DNA of 64,000 bases from Ginglymostoma cirratum (taxonomy: Eukaryota). A model generated the notes under the pieces. It made no database searches and was not told where the DNA came from. It saw nothing but the letters and a program-made list of their open reading frames with translations. The position numbers and the translations under genes were made by a program. Numbering within the stretch: the first letter of the stretch is position 1; the number at the start of each line of letters is the position of its first letter. This document shows positions 1-12,684 of this stretch, one piece after another. The DNA lies in NCBI GenBank assembly GCA_024137785.1, contig JAHRHZ010000002.1, forward strand, positions 6,266,451-6,330,450. Reading direction: 5' to 3'.

Positions 1-130
1 ACAGAAGCCACGGGCTTTAGAACACGCAGGTCAGCTGTTCGCTCTTTTATAATGACTCTTGAATGGAAAACATACACGATCCAAGGAGGTAACACACCAC
101 TGATACCAAACGGGACACGTTAACATTTAT
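1..130 (-). promoter_or_regulatory. Probable promoter of a GPCR paralog lying just left of the window
   Basis: Aligns by eye with 13820-13950, directly upstream of GPCR exon 1. TATAAAA on the minus strand at 51-45 and E-box CAGCTG at 32-37. Confidence 0.5.
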
Positions 131-739
131 GCCCCACCAGAAGAGAAAATCTGAATTACACCTCCTTCAATATTGCCAGGTCTCCTAACTCGCTCTACCA
201 ATTGTCTCCCTATGCAGTCTAATCTGTTACATCATCATATTTTGCATTAACAAATGTGCAAGGGAATACCACAGCCAAACTTCTGTTGTTGAAAAAGTTG
301 TCCCTTCCTTCAATTAATAATGATTTCAAATTAAACTTCAGCCTCTTATCCTTTACCGTTACACACCAAATTTCTGGAAACAGGCATCCACCCTTCTACG
401 TTAGTTTATAATTTTAAATGCGTCCATCTATGACGCTTAAAGCTATATCTTTCTGACAAAAATGAAAGAGGAGGGTGGACGTGATTGTCACAGAATACTT
501 TATCTGCTAAAAAAAATTCAGCTGTCACCAAGATGCTAAGTTTAATATTTACTCTAAAACAAAATTGTTACCTGAGTAGAGGAGCTGAAACAAGCCATGT
601 TATGGAGTCTGCATGCCTTGTTGTGTATTAGATACCACTATGCTGTAGCTTAGTTTTAGGGTTATCGGAGTTTCTACTCAATGGTATAATAATGGTCTTT
701 TTTAACTTCTGTCTCAGAAGGTTTGTTTGTTGAATGGTC

Positions 740-1230
740 ATTCCTCAGAAAGCACTGGAAACAAGGCCCTTGACTATATTCAAAAGTCAAAGCTAAAGCT
801 GCTACGATTCTCGTAACGACTTGTTCGGGAACCATCAGGCTTGCGGCAGTGCTCCACCGAATCTTCAGCAACAGCACCTCGTTTTCATTTCTGGAATCCT
901 GCAGTCTTCTGGATTCAATATCTAGTTCAACAATTTTATGACGAGCAACTTCTCCCATGTCCCGCCTCACGAACTAGGATGGGATGCCCACATGGGATGC
1001 CACCACGCACTGTTGTTGGCTACTAATAGTACCCTTTAGCAGCTATTCATTCTTCCAGGCTGTCCATTACCCAGTTCCTTGTCAAACTAGCTTTCCGTTT
1101 CTTTGGACACTATCTCCATCTATCGCTCACTCCTCCTTGCTGCACCAAACACATTTTCTGCACAAGTAACACCTCTCCTTAGCTACCGAAGAAGCGTCAC
1201 TGGTTCCAAAACTGTAACACTGTTTTCATT
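740..1230 (+). mobile_element. Ancient Penelope-like element 3' remnant
   Basis: 870-940 reads QQHLVFISGILQSSGFNI*FNNF, resembling the PLE endonuclease C-terminus seen at 15887-16108 (PHLIFRLGTLQANQINVDF). Confidence 0.55.
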
Positions 1231-1615
1231 GAATCAAGGACCCTCCAATGTGTGGAAGGAGGTAATTCGTCCCATCGAGGGGATAGTGATTCTCAGAGGA
1301 GCATCTCACACAGACCCTCCTCCCACCCTCCTTTTGTAACCCTGAATTCCCCATGGCTAATCCAACTGGCCAGCACATCATTGGAAACGATGGGTAATTC
1401 AGGATGTCCAATCCAACTAACCTGCACATCTTTGGACTCTGGAGAGAAACCAGATTAGCAGAAGACAACTCACGCAGATACGGGTGTTGGGGTGGGGGTG
1501 TGGTGGTGGTAGAGAATGTGCAAACTCCGCACAGACTGTTGACCGACGCTTGAACCAAATCCGGGTCTCGGGCGTTGTGATGTAGCAGTGCTAACCACTG
1601 CGCCACCATGCTGTC
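1228..1615 (-). mobile_element. HE1-type tRNA-derived SINE
   Basis: Minus-strand head GGTGGCGCAGTGGTTAGCACTGC, core GAGTTTGCACATTCTC...TCCAAAGATGTGCAGG, and a CR1-like tail. Confidence 0.85.
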
Positions 1616-2519
1616 CACAAATCTTGCCAGATCTGCAGAGCCTTTCCAGAAAAATCTGTTGTGGTGTAACTAACTTTAGGGCCTGAGCGCTTTCTCCAAT
1701 CTCCTTATACCAAAACCCACAAAGGAGGCCTTATCACCACATGGGCTGCTTCTACACCAATCCCAATGTCAGCCGATAATCGTCCACATTAACAGCTATT
1801 GATTCTCCAAGGCTGACCCTTACCAATTTCTTTATCTGCCCAACTGTTGTTCACTTTCGCTCTGGGCTCGATCTCCATCTATTATTTATTCGTTCCCCTT
1901 CCTCTACATTCCTGTCTCTGGCTTATAAACAAAACTATGCAGGCTACAAATAGTTCTGAAGAAGTTTCACTGCTTTCTTTCCACAGATGCTCCCAGGCTT
2001 ATTGAGAATTTTTTTTTTCAGCATAGTCGATTAAATATTCGACTTTAAAATTCACGAGCTTTGAAAGTAATAGGGATCACTAAAATCGTAACGGCTTCCC
2101 TACTGATTTGCCTCCGATCAGATATCTTTCACAAATATTATGATGTTCTTCCCTGGGAGCTTCCACAGCAGCATGAAATAAAACGTACTCTGCTTCTGTG
2201 GTCGCTAACACTTCTGGTAAACATTTTTTTTCAGTCTTCACACTACCCACACACGCAATAAAAGTCGGTTCAAAGATTGCTGTATTAATTTGCTTGTAAT
2301 CAGGCCTTGGACACTTTTTTTTATCGATTCCAGCTATTTGCAAGCATTCACCTGCATAATTAGAACTAAAAACGAGAATGAAATCCATACACTCAAGCAA
2401 GCCTGTCTTACAAAAGCTTTACCTTTTTGGCTCTCTCCTCCTTCCATTGACGAAATCAATCATTGTTATCTTTTGTAAATGTTTCAATTTACTTCACACT
2501 AATGGTTCTGCTTGAAAAT

Positions 2520-4398
2520 GAGAAAGCAGAAGGATTGATGAGATGCATCCAAGGATTTTGAAGGAAGTGAGGGTGGATATTGCCAAGGCACTTGCCATGA
2601 TCATTCATTCTCCCTGGACTGCCACTGAATATCAAGAGGCTGTGAAAGTAGGAATAGTGATGGTGAAAATAGGAATGGGAGGATAGGGCAGATAAATGCA
2701 TTGCTGGGGAGCTGGGGCAGCAAGCGGGGAACAGATTTTTGGATCATTGGGATATCTTCTAGGGCAGAGGTGACCGTTACAAGAGGGAGGCGTTACACCT
2801 GGACTAGAGGGGGACCAACATTCTGGTGGAGAGAATGGGAGAGCTATTCTCAACAAGTTACTCTGGCCTGGCAGGGAGGTAGGGACTCTAAACAGAAAGA
2901 GACAAGAAATCATGATGGGGCTATTCGAGAAGTAAAAGACAGCAAGTTAAACAGAAAGGCAGGGAATTAGGAATGGGTGATAAATTAAATGGCATTTATT
3001 TGAAAGCAAGAGGGCGGACAGGTGAACTCAGAGCATAGGTAGAAACATTGGAATGGGCTATCACAGATACAAGATAAACACAGCTGATGAAGGGATATAG
3101 TCTGGGGTACGGATCCTATAGGAAATATAGAAGAGGAGGCAAAAGAGGAGGGGTAGTGGTTTTGTTTTAATTTGGGAAAACATCAGAGCAGTACTTAGGA
3201 TATTCCTGAGGAATCATACAGTTAGGCTGTATAAGTGGGAAGGAGTTAAGAAAGGAGTGATCACTTTGAAGGGATTATAGTACAGGCGCTTCATTATTCA
3301 GTGGGATATTGAGGAGCAAATATGTAGGGAGATCGCAGAGAGCTGTAAGAAGAATAGAGTTATAATAGTCAGAGATTTAAACTTTCCAAACATAGACTGG
3401 GGCTGTCAGAGTGTTAAGGTTTTGCAAGGGGTAGGCATTTGTTGTGGGTGTTCAGGAAAAAAGAAGATTGCAATTAATATGTAGGTGGCCCAATGAGAGA
3501 AAGTGGCAAATTCAACCTCCCCTTTGGAAGTAAGCAGTGCATGTGACTGAAGTGTTAGTGTGAGAGCACTTTTGAATCTTATAGCATAATTCGATTAGTT
3601 TTAAAACATTTACAGGAAAGTATCGATCTGTTTCACAAGGTAAAACCCGAATTCTAAATTAGGGCAAGGGCAATGTTGGTGGTATTAGAGTGGAACTTTC
3701 TAAAGTTGATTAAAGGAGGTTATTTGCAGGTAAATGAACGTCTGGCAAGTGGGAGGATTCAGAAGTGATATAACGAGAGATCAGGGTCAGCATGTTCCTG
3801 TCAGTGTGAAGGGCAATTCTGGAATGAGTCAGGAACACTAGATGACTATCGATATCGAGGTCAAGAAAAATGAGGAGACATATGTCTGGTATAGGCAGTT
3901 GGGATCACCTGAAGCCTTTGAGGAATCTAAGGAACGTAGAAGTATCCTAAAGAGGGAAATCAGAATAGTAAAAAAGAAGGACTTACGATACCTTTGGTAG
4001 GTAAGTTTAAGGACAATCCAAAAAGATTTTACAAGTATATTAAGAGCAAACGAGCAAGTATGGAGGGAACTGGACACCTCTCATATCTAATAGTCATCTC
4101 TATGTGGAACAACAGGAGTTGGGTGAGATCCTATCTCTTCTCAGTATTCACTGTGGGGAAAGACATGGAAGCTAGGGAACTCAGGAAGTAAACAGACATG
4201 TCTTGAAAAAAGTCCACATACAGAAGAGGAGGTGTTGAAGGTCTGAAAATTCATGAAGTTTCATAAAACCTGGGACCTGATCAATGTATCCCATGAATTT
4301 GGGAAGCTAGAGAAGAAATTGCAGGGCCACCAGCAGAGGTATTTTTGTCATCGACAGCTATTTTTTAGGTGCTGAAAGACAGACGAGCAGCTAATTTT
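2520..4398 (+). mobile_element. Degenerate CR1 LINE (ORF1 end, endonuclease, start of RT)
   Basis: Motifs DFNFPNIDW and KDNPKRFYKYIKSKR; many stops. Confidence 0.85.
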
Positions 4399-4984
4399 AG
4401 AATCATAGAATCCTTACGGTGTGGAAGCAGGCCATTCAGCCAAGCGAGTCCACACCCTCTGAAGAGCAACACACCCAGACCATGGGCATGAACACTTCCC
4501 ACCACTATCAGGAATTTGTTGCCTAAGCCAGACACACACATATGTTTGTGCCCAGAGAATTGTAAATTGTTCCTCGTACAATTATTTAAGAAAGTATTCC
4601 GGATCAGCTCAAAAACCTCAAAATATATTCACAAGGTAGCCTAAATATCAACATTATCTCATTTTTAAAGGCAAGTGCAAGACATTTTGTTCCAGATGCA
4701 ACTCGATTGGTCAAACTGCCAGGCTTGAAGTAAAACACACTTTATTCTTATTCATATATTTTAGCAACACAGAAACAAAAGAAAGAAGAATTGGAATAAT
4801 AACATTAATAGAAAACTTAACAGAATAATTGATTGTTTCACTGCAAAACAGTAACTGCTCCAATATAGAAACATTCCCTTAACTCACCCTTAGCCCAGGT
4901 AAAGTCAGTAAAATAGATTGTTTGACATGTCATTCTTCAGTCCAGGAGGGAAGAACATCTAGAGAAAACCTATACAGAGAAAAA

Positions 4985-5066
4985 CAGAGATAGAGTGTGA
5001 TGGAGATAGATAGAGAGAGAGATAGAGAGAGATAAACAGATAGATAGAGATAGAGAGAGAGAGAGA
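4985..5066. repeat. Compound (AG)n/(ATAG)n microsatellite inside the LTR
   Basis: Directly visible repeat tract. Confidence 0.9.
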
Positions 5067-6202
5067 GGACGCAAGCGTTTTGCTGCAGCAAGAAGAGATA
5101 TATAGCAGCTTCCAAAACCTTACATGTAGCGAAAGTGAAACTGAAATCCTGGTTCCATGGGAGTTTGACCACCCCTTCATGCTGCCGCAATTGCTCCAAC
5201 TTTTAGAACAACCTGAGCCCTGTTTGCTTTATTAGCCTGAAACAGATCACTCGAAACCTCTATTTCAATCTGTCTTCATTAATAAAAGGACAAAATGTAT
5301 CTTTTCAAGCCAAAGTTTGTCACAAATCGCCCGTAAAAATGAACCATCAATATACAAAGATAGCTCAATTGAAAAAGAAATCCTTTAGTATGATCCTATC
5401 AGTACAGTAAAACACGTGCATGTTACATTGACTCTAAGCATGCAGACATTCAATACTACAGCTCATTTTAATCCGTCTCTTCCTCCACCAAAATTTTCGG
5501 TTTTCACTCATTAAAGTTGCAACAACGAGTCAGCAATGACGTTCTCTTGTCCTGCCACCAGGAATGGCTGCAATAATAATCTTCATGTAAATAGTCTGGA
5601 AATTTTATATTTTATATTTTTTTCCCAAAAACTTTAAAGGTTTGTGACCATTTTCTATAGTTGTCTCAGAAACATTACTGGCAACATTACTGTTGAAATG
5701 TTGCAACATCAACACCAAACTCATGGTCTCCTTCTTAATTGTGGAATATTTCTGTTGATAAATTTTCATCTTTTTGAAAACATACCCAATAGGCCTTCCT
5801 ATCTTTTTGTTGTCATTTTGCAAACATGCAGCGCAGCACTGACATCCATATCACGCGCGTCACTAGCTACTTTGAGTAGCTTTATGTACTTAGGGGCTGC
5901 AAATACTGGGACAGTTGTCAAATGCTGTTTGATATGATTCAGCCCACAGACAGTTTATGCACTTCAACAGTCAGTCAATAGGGCAATCACAATGCTAAAA
6001 TTCGATACGTACTTCCAATAAAACCCACTGAGACTCAGGAATTGTAGTACTTCCCTCTTCGTGGAATGGGAAACTCCCCAGTCACCTTTATTTTCACATC
6101 CTCGTAGCCATCTGCCCATGTCCAATGACATGGCCCAGGAACGTGACTTGGGATTTTACAAACTCAGTCTTTGCCATATTGGTCACCAAGCCAACAAATA
6201 CA

Positions 6203-6437
6203 AACAAGGACAGAAGTTGCTGGAAAAGATCAGCAGCTCTGGCAACATCCATGCAGAGAAATCAGAGATAACATTTATGGTCGAATGACATTCCCTTGGG
6301 CTCTGAACAGTCGTGAGAAAGGGCCACTGCAACCCTGAAACGTTAACTCTAATTTCTCTCCACAAATGCTGCCAGATCTGTTGAGCTTTTCCAGAATTTT
6401 TTGTTTTTGTTACTGATTTGCAACATTGCAGATCTTT
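6203..6437. mobile_element. Palindromic PLE pseudo-LTR element (degenerate hammerheads)
   Basis: Inverted arms gttgctggaaaagatcagcag / ctgttgagcttttccagaa, with ctgaaacgttaac core. Confidence 0.75.
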
Positions 6438-6939
6438 CCATTTTTAATCACCAAGTCTACCTCATTAAGTCGATCTCATCATTTATATAGCACAATTCTT
6501 TTTCATTATTCTTCCTGTCCAAATTGACTAATTCACATTTTACTTTTATTCATCCATTCATTGATATTGATCTCATGTTGCCATTTAAGTTTATCATATC
6601 TATCTGAATTGTAGCTCTCAAGACAATAATAATCGTCACGGGTGGCACTTATTTGATATAAATGAGAAAGAACCTGACTGCTATTCAGAAACTGAGTGTC
6701 CCTAGTCCCTAGCTGCTGCTGATACTGAACGTCTGAAATGAAAACAACATTTATAAAACTTAGCAGGTCAGGCGACATCTGGTATATAAAAAAAAGCTGA
6801 CGTTTTACAATGAGAGCCTTTCATTAGAAATGTTCACATGAAAGGCTGTCTGCCTGGAAAATTAGCTCTGTCTTCATCTCCTAATGATGCATAGCTAGCA
6901 GGGTCTTGTGTTGGAGGGTGAATCTACGAAAGGAGACAG

Positions 6940-7826
6940 TTAGCATTTTTGTATTCTTTGATTATATTGAAATGTAATCATATACTTTACTTCATTTCTG
7001 AACTTGGTCTGTGCCATTGCATAAATAAACGTGTTGGTGCAAGAACTGAAAAGTTGCAGCATGTATCCAGTGTGTTTCACAATTGTGAAAGGGTCATTAT
7101 TATCAGTTTGGTAAAACTGGTTCTCTGTAAATTGTACACAGGCATGACAGATTGAAATTGCCATCCACAGACAAATAAAACTTCCAGAAATAGAAAGCAG
7201 TAGGTATGATGGATTTCCTGCGATTTTCCAACTCCGAGTCTTTGATACCTTCCCTGAAGTTTCTCCTTACCCTGCTACTCATTACAATATGCTGAATGGT
7301 CAGAGCATTGAAAAGAGAAATAAAGAAAAACGCAGCAAATGGGGTTAAAATGGTATCAAGACACAAGTAAGCCTTCCAAACGGGCAAAATATAGAAATCA
7401 GATTTTACAACACAGATCCATGCCATGTTATCAATCGAGTTTCCAGGCTGCTTTACAAAGTAAGATGGCACGTTTTGTACAGCACTAAGACCACATACAA
7501 TGGCTATAACAACAGTTGCAGTTTTCTCTGTACAGTATTTGACTCTCAACTTTTGGCAGCAGATGGATACAGATCGATCAAAGCTGAAAGCAACTGTTAA
7601 CCAAACGGAGAAATCAATGGAAATAAAAGTGAAGACAAAAGTAAGACGACAAATGGAAGTATAATCCAAAAACAATTTTGGAAAAAAGATCTCTTTAAGA
7701 ATGTGCATCATTACTTCAAATATTAAAACCAGGAGATCTGCTGCTGCCTTGACAACAGGTAGCATGCAATACATCTGGAGAGACCACAATTTCCACGGGA
7801 AAGAATTACAATTGATAATATATTAG
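6940..7826 (-). pseudogene. GPR139/GPR142-like class A GPCR pseudogene, exon 2 (TM1-TM7)
   Basis: cttacag|CT acceptor. Motifs: ANILSIVILSRGNCGLSRCI, AAADLLV, SVWLTVAFSFDRSVSICCQKL, FNALTIQHI, ENRRKSI, SSCTNTFIY. There is a 1-nt deletion at 7748/7749 and a 1-nt insertion at 7203/7204; stop at 6940. Confidence 0.9.
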
Positions 7827-8499
7827 CTGTAAGAAAAATTGGAAAACTGATGTTAGTGCTTCCATTCACAACAGAAGGATGAATAAATGGATGGCATTTT
7901 CCCTCACCCAACTCAGCAACTTTATTTTTCTCCTACAGAATATGATGCATCATTATTTTCTATAACATAACCTAACGGTTTGGATGTATTGGCCATAGGA
8001 GAACTGAATTGGAACGATGTTAGTAATACAATTTTTCTACATTTTGTCAATACTATAACCTCAGATACAAATTTGGACTCGTCTAGGAAGAACATTTCTG
8101 GCAGAAACAAAAAGTATCTTTCTGAAAGTGCAAAGAAAGTGATTAATTTCAGTGTTCAAAGACTGAGGAATAGTGTTGCAGAATCATCCAAAAATATGCA
8201 CATGGTTTATTGACATGCTGCTTTAATGCTATTGGGACAATCAAATGACAAAGTAAATATTGTAAGGAAACGAAATCCAAAGAAGAATTCATGTATTGGC
8301 TGTCCAGTGAGGACTATGGTAAGAATTTCTTTAGCTGTAAAGTAGTACCTGAAAGGAAGATAACGAGATAAGAGTTGGATGTAATGAAGATCGCCCTTTG
8401 TTGACATATGTTCCCTTCGTGAATGATGTGCATTTGGTTGCACTGCAAGGAAAATTCATCATTTCATTTATTCAGATCCAGACAAACAGGAGGCTGGAA

Positions 8500-8575
8500 G
8501 AACACAGCAAGCCAGGCAGCACGTGAAGGAAAGGAGAAGGCAATGTTTTGGGCATTATCCTTCTTCAGAACTGGA
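8500..8575 (-). mobile_element. PLE pseudo-LTR fragment
   Basis: Same family as 14222-14330; minus strand CTGAAGA...CCCAAAACATT is a decayed hammerhead. Confidence 0.65.
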
Positions 8576-9605
8576 TTCAGAGCCAGCTTGTCAAAGCCAT
8601 TCAAAAAGATTGCATGTCCTGGCCTGTCTACAATGCATGCTCTTGCAAATTTGTAACAATGCTACAGAAAACTAAGATGATAAGAACTATGTTTTTTTCG
8701 TACTCTTCACGAATCGATGAAGAAAAGATCAGTGAACACTCCACTGTTGAAAGCCCAACAATCCGAGAATGGTACATTTATTCAAACTCTCTGCATATTG
8801 CCTAGGAACTAATCTTCTGTCCATGCCAGTCAAATTTGATTCTTAGCAACCAAGACTTTACTTTTTCATCTTTTCCTTTTTTGTTTAGGTAAATGTTAAC
8901 TGTAGAACTGTTTGATATTTCCGACAGATCACTCTCTAGCATATGTTAGGGTAAACATCTAATCTCATAAGTAAATTAGTGATTGTTAAGTCAAGCGCAA
9001 GCTCCAGCTCACATTTCTTTGTGATATATCAGAGATTTCTGGCCTTTATTTGGTCACGGACTTTGTCCCGAATCATGTAGGATGAACTGTGTCTGTAAGG
9101 GATATATATCTCAAACAAAAATCCACTCCATCAGGACACCTCCATGGCAAATCAAAGCTCACGAACGTTGTATCCTGTTGATGTTCTGATTATCTATATG
9201 CTGGAGCACTTTTCAGTTGTTTAAAAATTAAATGCACCATTCAAAACATACCCAATTACAAGCTGACAGCACTCAGACCACTGTAAAAACTGTTGTATTT
9301 CTGTTACTAATGTGTTCTCGTGTCAACGCAATACACCTTTTTCCTGACTAAATGACCGGGGCACTCCTTTAATTTTCAACAGCGCACTCATCCAGGTTTT
9401 TGTCAGATATCAGTGAGAACAGGTACAATGATGTTTTTCATTGGAACGTAAATTAAATGAACAATCTCATAACACGGCAATCTTATCAACCTCACAAATG
9501 TAATATATCAGATGGAGTTTTTTGCATGGTAAAGTCATTTGCGTCTATAATAAAGGTAATTGTGGTAAATTTGCATCATTCTCTATCAATGTTAATGTGA
9601 AGCCA

Positions 9606-9835
9606 CAAAAACAAAGTTGCTGGACAAGCTCAGCAGGTCTGGCAGCACCTGTGAAGGGAAAAAACGGAGTTAACATTTTGGGTCAGTTGACCCTTCCTCA
9701 GAAGGTTCTGAGATAGGGACACTGTACCCGAAACGTTAACTCCGGTTTTTGCCTTCACAGATGCTGCCAGACCTACTGAGTTTTTCCAGCAACTTTGTTT
9801 TTGTTCCTGATTCACAGCATCCGCAGTTCTTTCGA
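9606..9835. mobile_element. Palindromic PLE pseudo-LTR element
   Basis: Inverted arms of about 95 bp centred on cagaa-gg-ttctg (about 9704); each arm carries a partly mutated CTGAnGA...GAAACGT motif. Confidence 0.85.
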
Positions 9836-10316
9836 TTTTTATTTAATGTGAAGCCAGCTTTGTGGTGCAACTAATGAAACAAATACAGAAACAAGGTAAA
9901 ATACAAAATATTAGTAAGAATAATTTCCCTCATCAATTTAGACGTACTGTTTCTACTGCCTCTTCTGAATTTAAAATGATTTTGTGCATAGTTAAGACAA
10001 CCACGAATATAAGAGGTGGAGAAATTGGATCTGTCTGTCTCCTTCTTCAGCCAATAAGGTCATGATAGAGCTAGTAGGTGAACTCCACATTCGTATTGGG
10101 TTCAAATACCTCTTAACATCCATTCACCAAATACTTCCAGATATTGATATGGATACTCTCACCGGAAAGATGATCCATTGCTTTCAGAGGTAGAGAATTT
10201 CGAAGAAGCATTATTTCACCTGAAGGAACTTGCTCTTCTCAAAGGCTTAGATGACAACTTTATGATTTTGATGCTGTAGCCACAATTCTAGACATCCCAG
10301 CAAGAGTAAATATTTG

Positions 10317-10560
10317 ACTTGATTTGATTTGATTTGTCTTATGTACCGAAGTACAGTGAAAAGTTTTGCAATGCATGCTAGACAGGTAGATCATACTGTA
10401 CGAGTGTACCATGGTAATAGAACAGAATGAAGAATGAATTATCGTGGCAGCAGAGAAAGTGCACAAAGAGCGAGATCAATGTTAAATTTAAAATTTGAGT
10501 GGTCTACTTAGAACTCTAATAATAGTGAAAGAAGCTATTTTTCAAATACTGTAGAAGACC
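10317..10560 (-). mobile_element. Rex1/Babar-like LINE 3' tail
   Basis: (ATCAA)n tail on the minus strand, similar to the end of 59085-59480. Confidence 0.5.
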
Positions 10561-11290
10561 CAAGGAGGATTGTCTGCATTTCTGAGAGGAAATTCAGTTG
10601 GTGTAATCTAACTGGAATACAACAAGGGTTTTGATGAAATTCCATATGGGAGACTAATAGAGGTCAGCGTGTTAGGTTCGATGGAACTTCAGCTGAATGA
10701 ATCTAGAATTGGCAGAGAGCAGAGGGTAATATTGGATGGCTTTTTTCTGATTGCAAGTCTATGTTCTGTGGGGTTCAGCAGTAATCAGTGTTATGCACCT
10801 ATTGTTTGACTTACACATTGGCAAGACAAACAAGGCAATGACTCACATGCGGAACTGCAGTGCCCTAGGAAGCAACCAGGATCAGTGGGACATTGGCGCA
10901 CATGCCCTTAAGTTCATGGGACAGTTACATAAAGTGGTTAAGAACACATCTGAGACACATTCCTTTTATCAGCCAAGGTAAAGAGGTTAACAGCTGGGAG
11001 TTTATACAGTAACTATATCAATTGTTGATTAGGCTGGAGCCAGAATATTGTGTGCAGTTCTGGAGTTGACATTTCCAGAAGGGGGCTTGATTGCAGCCAC
11101 CAGTGTGCAGAAGAGATTTATCTGGATATTGCCTGAGTTGAAAAGTTATATTTATGGAGAGAGATTGGGTAGACTGGAGTTGTTTTCTTTGGAGCAGTAG
11201 AGTCTGAAGTGGAAATGATCATAACGTACGAAATTGAGTGGCATTGATCCGGCAGAGAGGAAGGAACATTTTGCTCTGGCGTATGGATTG
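10560..11290 (+). mobile_element. Degenerate CR1 LINE RT fragment
   Basis: Similar to other CR1 3' regions in the window (gaatattgtgtgcagttctgg; ggagttgttttctttggagcag). Confidence 0.7.
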
Positions 11291-11399
11291 TATACCATTA
11301 CGGAATTTTGACCATGGGTGCTTTCGTTGTGTTTCTCCCCCGGATTAATCCACCTGTTCAACTGTCCCGCTGGCGATTTTCGAAAGTATGGTCAATTCG

Positions 11400-12560
11400 T
11401 TTGTTATTTCAGATTGCCAGAAACACCCGGAGACGAGATACTTTATAACGAAGCTGCTCCCTATTATTTGATACAGGAATCTGATACATAACTGGCAAGA
11501 TTGGATAGGTTGCTAGCCTGAAATTCCTGTAGCTTGGGGGAACCTCTCTTATCGTTAAGAGTGTCTCCCAAATTCCCACCCTTTCACAGACTTCTTGGGG
11601 CGCTTTGCAAGTTGATTCTCAATATTTGAACAGAAGAGACCGATGACAATCTTGTTTGGCCGCTTCATGACGTTATCTTCTATAGACGGCCTTTAGCAGG
11701 ATTTGAACCGAAAGGAATGCTACATGTTGGGACACAAGCGCTCGAAGACAAACATCGCAAATGTCATTCATATCAGAGGCCGCTGCCCAACCCAATGAAA
11801 TCAACATGATTGTATACACTTGCAGGACAGGTGAAAGTAAATCGGTAGATCCGTTTAAATGTCACCATAATTCATCTTGTTAACACAATCTCATCTCGTG
11901 ATTTTCTGTTGATTTGGATCAAAGGTCGCCTGTTCGTGGGTAAATTCAAGGGAATTTCAAAGGGTATAGTTCAAGTCCGTGTATGCTAAACAGTAGAAAA
12001 TCTTTCACTGGTGCTTTGTTGGCATGTAACAACATTATTCACCTTATGTGGTCAGGTTGCTACAATTGCAAATATTAGTAAAATCAAAATGCACCAACAT
12101 TAACGGTGAAGCGATCCTGGAATTAAAATTGGACTACTCTCAGAACACGGTTATTATGGTGTTAAGTTCTGACTTGGAGGCTGCAGAGATGAGTGCAATG
12201 TCCTTGGTACGTTTTTTTTTTCCGAACTCAATACTTTGCAGCAGGATTTAGAGATTCTGAGGGTATCATTCCATACCTTGAAATCGCCTAATTTATGCAA
12301 TCGGAACGATATCGGGATTCTCCACACCATCAGGACAAAGACGTTCAATTTTGCGGTTTTGACTAGTTTAACAATTGTTCCATCAATCACTGGCGCTGTA
12401 GTGTTTAGTGTCCACAGGAGGAACTGAAGAATTTCACAATGCTTCACTGCGCAACATCGCCCAACTGTGGTCTTTGATCTCGTAAACGGACTTGGCGAGC
12501 AGGTACTTGCCAAGGGTGACATCACCAGTTTCGTTTCAATTTGCAAACCCATCCTAATAC
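11400..12560 (-). mobile_element. Highly degenerate RTE-clade LINE RT remnant
   Basis: Collinear peptide fragments GVE..YRSD, DIALISAASKSELNTIITVF (after the YADD position), QVYTIMLIS...ASD and LRALVSQH match the order of RTE ORF2 motifs. Confidence 0.45.
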
Positions 12561-12684
12561 TGGAATCTGCAGAAAATAATACATCCGTCCAGACTCTGTC
12601 ACAGTTCTGAAGTTTAATTCCTAACAGAACCCTTCCTTCACTTCATGGACTGCAGCGTCTGCAGAAGAGGAGCCATCTAAGAAT

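Larger units (their letters stand above)
1..4400 (+). repeat. Old tandem segmental duplication, copy A (partner 13820-20640)
   Basis: Collinear similarity in both unique and repeat sequence: 1-130 vs 13820-13950, 440-1075 vs 14810-15487, 2050-2640 vs 17640-18230, and CR1 2640-4400 vs 18230-20640. Confidence 0.85.
4480..6520 (-). mobile_element. Gypsy (Gmr1-like) LTR retrotransposon remnant: RT/RNase H end plus 3' LTR (about 4480-5324)
   Basis: RPIGYVFKK...QQKYSTIKKETMSLVLMLQHF...HKPLKFL and QENVIADSLL*. The LTR starts TGTGAC at 5324 (minus) and is homologous to 51374-52153. Confidence 0.75.

Noticed and set aside
7922-8110. ORF containing MANTSKPLGY as the GPCR first exon
   Set aside because: It stops before any usable donor and lacks the GVP TM1 motif. 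13705-13636 fits in both sequence and phase.
11720-11860. GIY-YIG-like reading (IYRFTFTC...QHV)
   Set aside because: No YIG motif; the surrounding fragments fit RTE ORF2 order better.
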